A stretch of DNA of 64,000 nucleotides. Source: Kondoa subrosea. Its lineage: Eukaryota. Positions 26,386 to 37,445 of the stretch are shown here, piece after piece. Numbering within the stretch: the first letter of the stretch is position 1; each line of letters starts with the position of its first letter. A model generated the notes under the pieces. That model ran no database searches and was not told the DNA's origin. It saw nothing but the letters and a program-made list of their open reading frames with translations. Location of the stretch: NCBI GenBank assembly GCA_039545335.1, contig BCIN01000007.1, forward strand, positions 1,108,530-1,172,529, given 5' to 3'. A program made the position numbers and the translations under genes.

Positions 26386-29085
26386 TTATGGCGCTGGTAG
26401 ATGACGACGGCATACGGGACTGAATCGCATTAGCTCTTGTGCAGACTTGATGAAGCGAAACTTACCATTCCGACTTGACTGCCAACCAATTCTCCAAGCA
26501 CCTTGTATGAGCGATATGATGACAAGGAGGAACCTGTGGTTATTATCAGCCTTCTTCAAGAGTCCCCATCGCGGTGAAACTCACCATATAATTCCATCTT
26601 GACAACCTCGCAACATCAACCATTGCCTCTTTCCTAAATCGATCCAACAATCTCTCCTTTTCTTCTTCATCAGCAGGTTCAAAAGTATCTTTGTCTTTAG
26701 GTAAAACGATTCTTTCCAAACAAATCACACAATCAACACCTCCATCGGAAGTTTCCACATCTGCTGGAGGTAAAGCAGGATGGTAATTCCACCTTTCTTG
26801 TTCTGGGAAGATGTGCATGCCTTTCGGTATGAAGAATCGAGCGCCAAAGAGTTCTTGTAGCAAGATTGTAGACATTTGTAATAGTTGATAAGCAACCAAT
26901 AACCAAATCCAACCTGTACGATTCGCCTTCTGACCAATTCTTAAGATGCTAGGACAGAGGCAAACATACGAGAAGGATCTTTGAACAAGATATTGCTTGG
27001 GCAGCCCCAGATATAGACAGGCAAGAAGAGTCGAGCGACAGTTGTACCAATTACGTATTCCTTGGTCAGAACTCTTCTGGCTGAACCACGCTGAGCATTC
27101 AAGTAGATTTGAGGTAGCCAATAGCTATATAAGATCATAATCATCGAGACCTGAAGCACTTTCAGTCATCTCTCCTCCCGTCTAGATTCCTATGGAACAG
27201 ACGTACTGCAAATCCGAAGTAGATGAAAAAGAAAGCCACAGTACTCATTCCACCGTAGAAAAGTATCAGCCCTATTCGATGATTAGCCGATTCATGTTCA
27301 AAATAGAGAGAATCACTCACATATCGGAGAGGAATCGCCTGTAGCTATATCGCGCCAGCTTCTTCTGCTTTCGGTCGGTACTGCATCGACCGCTGTTACA
27401 TCTCCTTCGACAGCCGTAGTCTGGACTGGTGCAGCAATTGATGGAGGAGACGAAGAAGGGATAGTCGCAAGACGAATGTTTGCGCACCATCGCAGACCGA
27501 AGAGGAAGCCGGATAAGCAAGCGAAGAAAGCTGGTACAAATAGAGCGAAGGCAGCTCGTTCATCTGCACATATCAGCAGGCTTCTTCGCAAGCAGAAGAG
27601 GTCGCTCACCAACTAATGAACCAAGAGTAAGATGCGCGACCTGTCAGTCAGAATCGAACAGGTATGAGATTAATCTCATTACTCGCAGATCCCACTGACA
27701 AATGAATAACTATCCAATGCACCCTGGAATACTACAGTCCAATAGCTGACTCTGACTAATCTGCTAGGTGTATTACATTTCTCCATTTGTCGAACAATGA
27801 GAATGACTTGAACCAAAGAGATGACACCTAGGAAGAAAGCGAAATGCGTTGCTTTCGCATACCAGAAGTAGTCGCCGTTCGTGCCGCTAACATTCTTGAC
27901 TTGAATAAGAAGATTGCAATCACCCGAATGAACAATTCCGTCCCATGACATTGGAGTAATGTATGGTAATTTCCGACCTGTTGGGTTCGACATTTCTTCT
28001 TCATAAAGTAACATCTGATCGAAAGTAATGTGCGGGACAGCTTCAAGTTGACCATAAATGCTGAAAGTACAGTTGAGCGAAGATTCAGTCTCTTCACCGT
28101 CTGTCAAAGTTGGAGCATTGCCTTCTTTCAGTATCGTTTGCATTCTTGAGATGCGGGATGAGAGTTCCGATTGAACCGCAAAGATGGTTTGGTTGAGTGA
28201 CTTATCTACAGGTGAAGTAAGATTGCTTGATGGCGTGCTTGGACTGTTTGGAATGAGAGCCGGTAGTTGTCGAATATCGAGAGGCAGTTGTGAAGGTGCA
28301 CCAAACATCTGGTAGTACTCGTTAGATTAGTAAATGCCTTTGCTTCGATATACTCACGAAGAAGGAGCCATTATTCAAGAAGCTGTGCAAAAACAAAAGG
28401 AATGAGATCGAATTGATCATACTTTAGTGCCCACGCACTGAATGCCTTCAACATCAACTTCCGTCCCAACTGCATCATTATCCGTTCTAAACTCCATTGC
28501 ACCTCGCACAAAGCTGACATGCTCATCCAAGTCAAGATCTTTGCCTTCTGTCGGTCCATGTTCTCTTACTTTCAGGTACACTCTAGCTTTCGTTCCAATT
28601 TCCCAAGGAAAGACACCTCTCTTCGTCTGCCATTCCGGCGCTTTGTCTTCGCTGCTATTGATTTGAGACCCAGGCAAAGAAACGTTGAGGATGTCATATT
28701 GACCATTCAGAAATCCAGAAATATTGCGATGATAAACTGAAGAAGTAGTTGTGCTGGAATCGAGATGCAAGACTTTATTGACCAAAGGCTGAACTAAAGT
28801 CTCTTCTTTCCAAGTTTTCAGCTCAAAGGTATTATTCCAACTTGCTGTTTCATTAGAGGGTAAAGGCAGACTAGCATTCCCATGAACCCAATCATTGAAT
28901 CGATTCAATTCTATAGATCTTCGAGCGATAGCATTCTCAAGACGTGTATCGGCAGCAGGATCAGGTCCATTATTGCCTCCGGACATGACAAAGAATAGGA
29001 AAGCGATAAAGAGCAAGTATGACACTGATGGACTTTGGACTTGGCCTGTTCTAGTACCCACAGGCTGAGGTAGCGCTGCCTCCAT
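26386..29085 (-). CDS. TUL1: Transmembrane RING E3 ubiquitin ligase Tul1/Dsc1
   Basis: Lumenal domain (YHRNISGFLNG). TM block with RQMEKCNTPSRLVRVSYWT and YSYWLPQIYLNAQRG. C-terminal RING-H2: DCVICL...YM|VPPCHHIAHTRCLENWLAVKSEC|PVCRRHLP. Confidence 0.92.
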
Positions 29086-29249
29086 CGCTCGCGGTATCTA
29101 TTAATCAAGGTATCGGCCTATCAACAGGCATCCAAGCCAAGACTGCAGTCGAGGTATATATATTATTGTCGAGGAATTGGTCGACAAGGGACAACGAAGC
29201 TACGTGGAACTCAAGAACTCTGGCAAAGGCGATGCAATGAGGCCACACG
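29086..29249. promoter_or_regulatory. Putative bidirectional promoter shared by TUL1 and the Dsc4-like gene
   Basis: 164 bp between the divergent ATGs, with a central TATATATA (~29155-29162) that reads as TATA-like on both strands. Confidence 0.6.
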
Positions 29250-30282
29250 ATGCAAGACAAGAGCAGCTATGTAGTGCATGCGCTGAGAAGGGATCTGATG
29301 CGCGGCCTGGACGTGTGTCTGTTTGCAACATTTCTCAGCGTTCGCTCGTCTCCTTCCGCAATACTTGGCTCTCTGATGATCTTATGATCGTAATGATCAG
29401 CTCTGGTACATAGATCACTCGACAGCACAATTCATAGTACGCTGTGTCAGCCAGATTCAGCATTCGAATCCAGGTTTGGTGCATCCAGGTCAGCTGATGT
29501 TCCATGCATACTAGTCATAGGCTGATAAGAAGATGTCACACAACAGATCGCCCTCTGTCCTTCTTCGTCGCTTTCCTTCTGCTGGTCAATATCAGCTTAC
29601 TCCTATATCATCTCTTTACCCCTCTTGCTCAAGCTGGACATCATCGAGAAGGCTCAGGTCTTCTACTAGACTTTATAGGTCAAGGTAAATTCTGTGTTTC
29701 TTTCTCTGTTCTTCCCCTCTCCGGCATTCATTTGGGTCAGCTTATGAATCAATTCTTATCTTCCCACATAAATCCTCTTCGCAAGTAGCTCATCGTACTA
29801 ACTCATATCTCTTTGTGAATTATAGATCATATACCAAGCAAGATCTGGGTTCTACTAGCAGATCTTTTCATCCTTTTCGCTCAATTAGTTTTCCTCATAA
29901 TAGCATATGACGAATCCGCTTACAACCTTTCACTCACTTCTTCTTCTACCACTTCGGATCCACTGTCAGACGAAGATGATTCAGAAGATGATTTTGGTAA
30001 GTTTCTTTTTCTTTGATCGTATTAGACAAAGAGAGAGAATTGATTATTGGGGTTCACATAGAGGTAGAAAGGGAGAAGAATGCACCGATATTGAACTTAA
30101 CTTGGAGAAGTACAATACGGCGTGTGCTACACGCACGTATTAGGGATGAAGAAGGGGAAGAAACGAATTTGACTGCGAGAGGTAGAAGAGTTCGAGCAAG
30201 GAGAAGAAGGCAAGGTTTACCAAGCGATAATTTGGCAGGAGATGAAGAGAATGATCTTGGAGTGAGAAGAGGAGAAGGTTGA
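29250..30282 (+). CDS. DSC4: Dsc4/Vld1/Gld1-family (DUF1746) multi-pass subunit of the Dsc E3 ligase complex
   Basis: Spliced: MQDKSSYVVHALRRDLMRGLDVCLFATFLS|LWYIDHSTAQFIVRCVSQ...|RPLSFFVAFLLLVNISLLLYHLF...GLLLDFIGQ|DHIPSKIWVLLADLFILFAQLVFL. The G-L-x-x-D-F-I-G-Q and D-x-x-I-L-x-x-Q motifs match my recollection of DUF1746. Confidence 0.78.
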
Positions 30283-30399
30283 AAGAAATGCGGATGCAAT
30301 GCATGTTATACAAGTATATTATTTGTACAGTTTTATTACTCTCCTTTTACAACCCCTTTTTCGTTCAAATCATACACACACACTCTTGCAAACGACCAT

Positions 30400-30933
30400 C
30401 TAGTAATCTACTTCTCCGCCATAGGCCATTCCTCCTTCATCGCTCATCAATTTCGCTACTTGAACTTCTTTCGTTAAGCTCGTCTTCATTTTGGCTATCG
30501 TTGCAATCAAAAGCGTGCAAGCCGTTTCGATCGCTTGAACTGGTGTGATTGTTCCATCTGTTTGAATTTTGAGAAGGAAACGAGGTTCGAGAGGGTGCGG
30601 AAGTCTGTAACCACAGAACAGGACGGCAGGCATATTGAGCAATTGACTGTGCAGTTGGACCGCTTGGATCAGATGAGTCTGACACAAACATCTCTTTTAC
30701 GCACGATCTCAGCATATTAGCTAATGTATGGTCTTCTTTATTGATTGTCACTGTTGCGGCATTGATGATTGTAGTATCTTCTTCCATTAGCAGTCTGTGA
30801 AGAACGCGACAAGAACCAATCAGAACCATGCTGAAGTTTCTATACAACGACCTCACCTCTTTTCACCCTCATCTAGGACATGGAAATCTCTTCGATCAGG
30901 TGCATTGATCTTGCCTCCCTTCATACTCGACAT
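30400..30933 (-). CDS. RPB11: RNA polymerase II subunit Rpb11
   Basis: NAPDR...LDEGEKR|...NAATVTINKEDHTLANMLRS|QLL...FCGYRLPHPLE...IQTDG. Confidence 0.93.
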
Positions 30934-31637
30934 CTTTGATCAAGTCCTATACACAAACAACAAGCATCCAGTATAAGCGACTACTCTTTACGGGGAAGAG
31001 ATTCAATCAGGAAGATTGTAGGTGTCATTCTAACGAGATTAAAATAAGTTGAGTCTTCAGCGCTGTCTCCAGCGAATTGCAGAAGATATATGTATGGATA
31101 TTGGGTTAATCAGGGGTAAGAAGAGAGAGAAGTGCGCGTATGATAGCAAGGACGAGAAGCTACCTTGAGCGTGTAGTCAGATCAAGTGGAGATTGTCGAC
31201 AGCACTTGTGATTGGTGATAGTAGACGACCAGCGACAGGTAACACACACAGCACAAGATATCAAGGACAAGGGGGGAAGGACAAGCTGTAACGAAGTTGA
31301 GGACAAGGTGAGATCGGCTCGCGAGCCGAAGGAAAATCAAAGCGAGAGTTGTTCTCCCTCGTTGAGGAACCTTTCCCTTCGACCAAAGAGGCTTCGTAAG
31401 TGACCGTTCCTGCAAGGCCTGGCTGGGAGAGATGCTGTGATATACCCCTGCGTCGCATTTTGGCAGCTGTCCGAAATTTATATCAAATCGCTCTCAAGCT
31501 CTGTCATGCTCCCATGGACGTTGCACGACGCTAGCTTGTTCTGTACATATACCCTTCGTTGATCTTTGCACGAAGAAGTCCAGTCTACAAGCAAGAACAA
31601 GCGCTGATTTACTACTGTTGCGATTTTTTGCAGAACT

Positions 31638-32321
31638 ATGCCTACCCGTTTCAGCAAGACTAGAAAGCACAGAGGTCATGTGTCGGCCGGTTACGGTCGT
31701 GTAGGAAAGCACAGGAAGGTCAGTAGGATGTAATGGGTTTAGATTCAACGGAATCTAACTCGATTGTACTCTGACAGCACCCAGGTGGAAGAGGTCTTGC
31801 TGGTGGTCAACATCACCACAGAATCAACTTCGATAAGTACCGTTTGTCACCGCATTTGGATACAATCATCACGAAAGACTGATCCATTCGGGTATGGCAA
31901 ACAGATCCTGGTTACTTTGGTAAAGTTGGTATGAGATACTTCCACAAGACTCAAAACCAGTTCTGGCGACCAGTAGTCAACGTAGACAAGCTCGCTACCC
32001 TTTTACCACCTTCCTCTTCATCTACTTCATCAAATTCCGAACTTGTTCCAGTCATTGATTGCACAGCTGCTGGTTACGGAAAAGTATTAGCAAAAGGTCA
32101 CATTAAGGCTGGTATGCCTTTGATTGTCAAGGCCAGGCACGTAAGCAGGAAAGCGGAGCAGAAGATCAAGGGTGAGTCAGCTGCAGCTATTGACGAATCA
32201 ACCTGACAGCAAAGCGGTTATCACAGAGGCCGGAGGAATCGTGAAGATAGTAGGTATGCATCCAATCGTTTGTTCTTCAAAGAATGTCACTAATGTTTTC
32301 TCGCAAACTTCTTTAGCATAA
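31638..32321 (+). CDS. RPL28: 60S ribosomal protein uL15 (L28/L27a)
   Basis: [62 protein letters not shown]...[14 protein letters not shown] probable 5'UTR intron ends at 31633. Confidence 0.97.
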
Positions 32322-32882
32322 TCTTCCACCAACCTGATCGAGAGGAATGCAAGAGAAGTCTTGGATTAGGGTCTTTTGCATTGCTCGAAAACTTTTAGCA
32401 TCCCATTTGCTTTTCGCTACCTAGTTTTCTCTTGTTTTCTCTACTTTTTTTCGTTCGCCCGATATGCTTCCTTGTTTCTGGTTGATTGCTCGATGTCTGT
32501 CTCATTCTGTGTGCCTAATCTATCGCTCTGCAAATGTGCCGCCGCTATCAATGTGGTTTGAGATCGAGGAACAGCGCCATGCCTGTCCATCTCAATAATC
32601 TTTGTGTTTGTCAAGATCGGGACGAACAGTAACGACAACGGTGCTTCTGTAGCCAGGGCATGTCAGCACTTCTCTCATCTCTTTCTCTTATCGTCATTTC
32701 CTCTTCTAGTAAAAGACATCGCTGGTGTAAATGTGCGAAAGCAAGCGCTCAACTTGACTGTCTTTCCTTTTGCTGTGTCTTTCTATCTTGTGCCATCGTG
32801 ATAGCCGTAGTCGAAGTTATCTGAGTGACCGAATGAAATGCTACGTTCTATCAATTTCAATGCAATGCTATAATTCCATCAT

Positions 32883-34279
32883 TTATGCGCCAAACTTGGG
32901 CAGTACAAGCCGTCTAATCCAACCATGTGCTGGGAAGTTCTTGTTCCACTGATTGTGCAAGTGGATTCCGAACTAAAAGCAATGTTCAGTAAACCTCACA
33001 ATGAGAGCGAAATTAGGAACTTACTATCGCATCAATATTCCTTTCCAGTTGTTTCCACCTCGAAGTATGATAACTTGGATCCCTCGCAAAAGGATCTGGC
33101 AACCTTATATCCAACTTTGTATTCCTCCCATCTACAAAACACCACGGCAAGACCCCAAACGGTTTCCTTCCTTCAGCAACCAGTCGTCTCCAAACCTTAT
33201 AATACAACAGACTGCCCCAATCCGTCGTTCCTTTTCTAGGAGCTTTCGGTTCGTTCGCCATAGCATAAAGCATTTCGCACACAAATGGTGAACCAGTATA
33301 GAAGTGCATTAGAGCACCATTCAGGACTTGATAAGGTTTATCGTAGGCGTCCCATTGGATGACCCATTCACTTTCCAATAACGGTCTAAGATCTCTAGTG
33401 AGAAGGAAATCCATATCGACCCAAACTCCGCCGAAATTGTATAGTAACAGTAAGCGAACCAAATCTCCATCTAACCATGCTTTTGAATCTGTTGCGTATG
33501 CTAAACGAGGTGAAGAAGCCATTGGGGTATTTTGTGCTAGAGAAGGGATATCGAGTTGTTTGACTGTGAAACGATCTGGGAATCGAGCTGCTATAGGTTC
33601 GAGAAGTCTTGAAGAAGAACGAAGAAGTTTGGCTTGGTTGTTAGTCCAGAGAATGACGGAAGAATGCAAAGTAGATTGGGTTTGAAGAATGGATTGCAAG
33701 AGTAGGATTTGCCGTTCTCCCATTGCTTGAAGATCTGCTCTCCAGTAGACGTGATAGATGGTCTTCTCTGGAAGAACTTGACCTTGTATTGGAAGAGAAG
33801 GGAAGAGGCCTGCAAAGGAGAAGCAGTCCTCTTTCAACGAGAGGCCTGCATGGAAACTGAGATGTTTCGGCGCTTCGGCCAGACTTGTGTTGTACGACGA
33901 AGGAGCTGGCCAGCAAACACCCTCTGGCGCTAGCTCCCTCAGTGTCTTGACTTCGCGCTTGACCCAGCCTCGAGGATAAGTTTGGATTTCTACATGCAAT
34001 TCTCGAGTCCAGAGAAAGAAGAAGATCTAATCTGCCATTGAGGCATGTAGTGTGAGCTTCCATTATCTGTCCTTTGCATTGTGTAAGTCTTACGAGTAGA
34101 GCTGAGATTGCTATCGGCCAACGAAATGCAAGAAATGGTCTGAAGCGCGCTCGCAACTCCCTTGACCTGCTAGACTTGTACAAGCCAGGCAGCTCTTGCT
34201 TGTTTGGATTGATCGAGTAGCTGCGTCGACCGCTCGCTTTTGCAGTCATCTCATTATCGTTCGTGGTTAAGTGCGACAT
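32883..34279 (-). CDS. Glycosyltransferase family 32 (DXD sugar-binding), type II membrane protein
   Basis: Spliced TM segment AISALL|IFFFLW; YHVYWRADL; GDLVRLLLLYNFGGVWVDMD; last exon FGIHLHNQWNK. Confidence 0.85.
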
Positions 34280-34652
34280 ATAAATGCTATTATGACTACT
34301 ACGATCTCAAGGGGCAAACACGTGTAAAGCTTAGCAGCGCTCTTAGAGGACTCACGCTGCCTTAGTGCACCTCGTGAATTATACTTATTAGACACAGTCC
34401 GCTTTCACGCAATTCCGTGCTTGCCAACAAGAGGGTTTTTCAGTGAACGAAGAGAGCGTAGTTTCCAAAGAAAAGGCAGACCGACCCCCGAAGGCAGATA
34501 GAAAATATCCTTCGATGGTAAGAAAAAAGCGAAGCAACATGTACATTTCATACATGTATTGATGCAATAACCTGATCCAAACACCTGCACAGCATCAGCA
34601 TTCATCTCTAGTCGATCCTGCAACCAGTAACTCACTATCGCAAACTATCCTT

Positions 34653-35790
34653 TCACACATGTCCCGGATCTGTACGTGGTGGACAATGGGCATTACATGC
34701 ATGTTGACAGCCATTCGGAGCTCGAGGTCTGCAGAGTCTATGTCCATCGCAGCAATGGCCTTGAACGTTGACATGTACGTTCTGATGAGGTGCATAATGA
34801 CCGTAGGGAGGTTGACCTGGAGGTGGATTGAAATGAGGTGGGGAAGGACGACCCAAGTGACTGTGTACAGTAGAAGGATGCGAATGGACTGAAGGTTGTG
34901 CTGGAGCAGGTTCAGGCGGATGATGCGAGCGATTTTGCGATGAGTGCACCGAGGGAGGTGGGTGTTCTGATGGTGGCCCAGCTTTGCAGGAGAACAGTTT
35001 CAATTCCAGCCTCGATTGAACACAGAATGGTAAAAGACTTACGTGGCCCTCCAGCGTTTGACACGGAGTCGTTAGGCCTGACTTCTTCCCCTCTAGTTTC
35101 AGAATGGTGAGAGGAAGCCACAGTGGGCACATGCGAAGGTGCTTTAGTCTGAACTCGAGGTTCTGATACACCATTGACCAGATCCTTCCTCTTCTTCCGT
35201 CCTACACGACGAAAGTAAGCATTATATAATCGAGTGAATGCACAACATACGTCGATATACAAACCAAGCCAGCAGAAGCAGGAGAACAGCAAGCACTATA
35301 GCAATAATCGCATAGATCCAACCTTGACTCAATCCATCATCATCATCGTAATATCTGATCGCAACCTTGTATTAGCGACCCTAATTCCAGCTGGAAACGA
35401 AGTGAGATCTTACCCTGCTCCGCCTCCTGATGGTGATATTACAGGTCCAGGACCTTCATGACAGTCTATATCCGTTATTCTCATGCTAGAACCAGCTGTA
35501 GGATCAGCCCGAGCGACAGTCACTTGACAATATCTAGCATAGGATGTCGATGATCCGACGATCAGAGTTTTGGTTTTTGTGACGGCAGGTTGGATGATAG
35601 TTGTCGGTTGGCCATTGATAGTAGTAGTAGCATAGTAAGTCACAGGCTTGTCTATAGTCTGAATCGCAGCAGGAGGATAGACGGTTGTGGGCGCTGCTTG
35701 CTGAGTTATAGTTGTCAATTGGCCATTGATGATACATGATCCATAGCAGTATGGCGCTCCTTGGCGCGGAAAGAGAGTAAGAGGAGCCAT
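34653..35790 (-). CDS. Hypothetical single-pass membrane protein (Thr-rich ectodomain, Pro/His/Cys-rich tail), 4 exons
   Basis: Exons join in frame: Thr-rich N-terminus | YYDDDDGLSQGWIYAIIAIVLAVLLLLLAWFVYR | RRKKRK... | PPSEHPPPSVH...GHCCDGHRLCRPRAPNGCQHACNAHC. Confidence 0.7.
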
Positions 35791-36247
35791 ATCAAGCCAT
35801 CGAGAAGTACAGCCTCGGAAGATGAAATATAGCGAAAGAATGTCTGGCGTCCGTATCTGTCCAGCAGCAATCGTACAGAAGGATACTGATACTGACCAGC
35901 AGTGAGCGAGCTTGAAAACAGCCGTAGTCCGCGAAGAAGAGCATCAAGAGATCGATGGATTGATAGGCTATGCGAAATTGGAGGCCGTGCAATATTTGAG
36001 ATCAACTGAGAACAACAGCATCGCCAGATTAAAGGAAGAGCGCGCGAAGAAGGCAACGAAAGCAAGCACTGTGACGGCTCCGGTCGAGGCAGCTCAAGCA
36101 AGCAATGGAATCGCGGCGGATAAGATATGAAGACCTTTCCATACTCCAGCACAGGTATTTCCGACCATAGACAACGCTGATTGCGCAAAAGCCAGACATC
36201 GCTGTTGAAAGCAACCCTTTGAAATATTATGCGGTTGTGCTTGTACC

Positions 36248-37270
36248 ATGAAGCTGTCCCATCTGTCCTGGCTATCTGTGCTGCTGAGCCTGAGCTCAAG
36301 CCAAGCGCAGACATCTGTGCCAGCAGCTTTCAAGCAATGCAAGCTGAACTGGCTGCAGACTTCAACAGGCGTCTCGCTGCTTTCTCATTCGTGCTTTCCT
36401 CTCGCTTCCATCGCTATCGCACACTGTCTAATCTGTGCCTGTGACACAGATTCTCTAATCCTTCCGACTCTCTTGCTCCTTCACTCAGTAAACCGCTGAC
36501 ATTGGACACTACTTTCAAACTCGCTTGCACCTTGGACCAATCTCTTACAATACATTACGCCTCAATCGTCTTCCGTTCAAAAAACGATGACTTCACTTTA
36601 CTAATGCGGATCAGGAGAGCCAAGGGAGATCATTCACTCAAATCCGAATTGGATCTATCTAAAGCTCAAGCGGATATGTTATCTTTGGAAGGGAAAGTAG
36701 AGTATGGTCTTTATATCGCTTCGAACCAAGCAACAGAACAAATGATTGCACCTTTGGGTCAATTGGAATTCGCTCAATCTGTTAAAATTGCTATGGAAGA
36801 AGAGAGGAAGAATGCAGTGTATCCTGCTGAATGGGAAGTCGAGAAATGGAGCGAGCAACCTTTGAAGGAATATAAAGAGGTTGTAGTGGATGAGGACAGA
36901 GGTTTGATGTTCGGAATTGTTGGAACTATCTTCACTTTGGGTCTGCCTGTGAGCGTGTTGCTCTTCTTGGTATGTCCTGAAATCATGCCTTTGTCCAATA
37001 TATTGACTCGCAACGGTTCCACGCATACAGCTAAGCAAGGTCATACCAGAATTAGGAATCAGCGTCTCCAATTACACTCCTCAATCTATTCTATTCCTAG
37101 CTCTCCTATTCACACTAGAAGCGTTGATTGTAGCTTATTGGATCAAGATCAAGCTCTTTACTATCTTGCCCTGGCTGGCGGGTGTTGGAGCAATTACTAT
37201 TTATGTTGGACGAGGGGCTTTGAGGCAGCAATTGACGAGAAGACTAGAAGCGGAGAAGAAGAGGTCATAG
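36248..37270 (+). CDS. SWP1: Oligosaccharyltransferase subunit Swp1/ribophorin II-like
   Basis: Signal peptide and three C-terminal TM helices. The last exon, FLALLFTLEALIVAYWIKIKLFTILPWLAGVGAITIYVGRGAL, is typical of the ribophorin II C-terminus. Confidence 0.72.
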
Positions 37271-37445
37271 ACATTTCATTGACATCTAGAGCGCATTAAA
37301 AGCTGGAACAACGTCAAGCATGAGCATTGAACCAAACATGATACATTTACAACTTATGATGCCACTACTCAACGAGAATATGATGTTATAAGAAAGGATA
37401 TGAAGAACTACTAATATGCCCAGACCACAGAGTTTGCGGCTTTTG

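Noticed and set aside
31171..31190. gtgtagtcagatcaagtg resembles pieces of U2 snRNA
   Set aside because: The order and context do not match U2 (AAGATCAAGTGTAGTA), and there is no Sm site or 5' stem.
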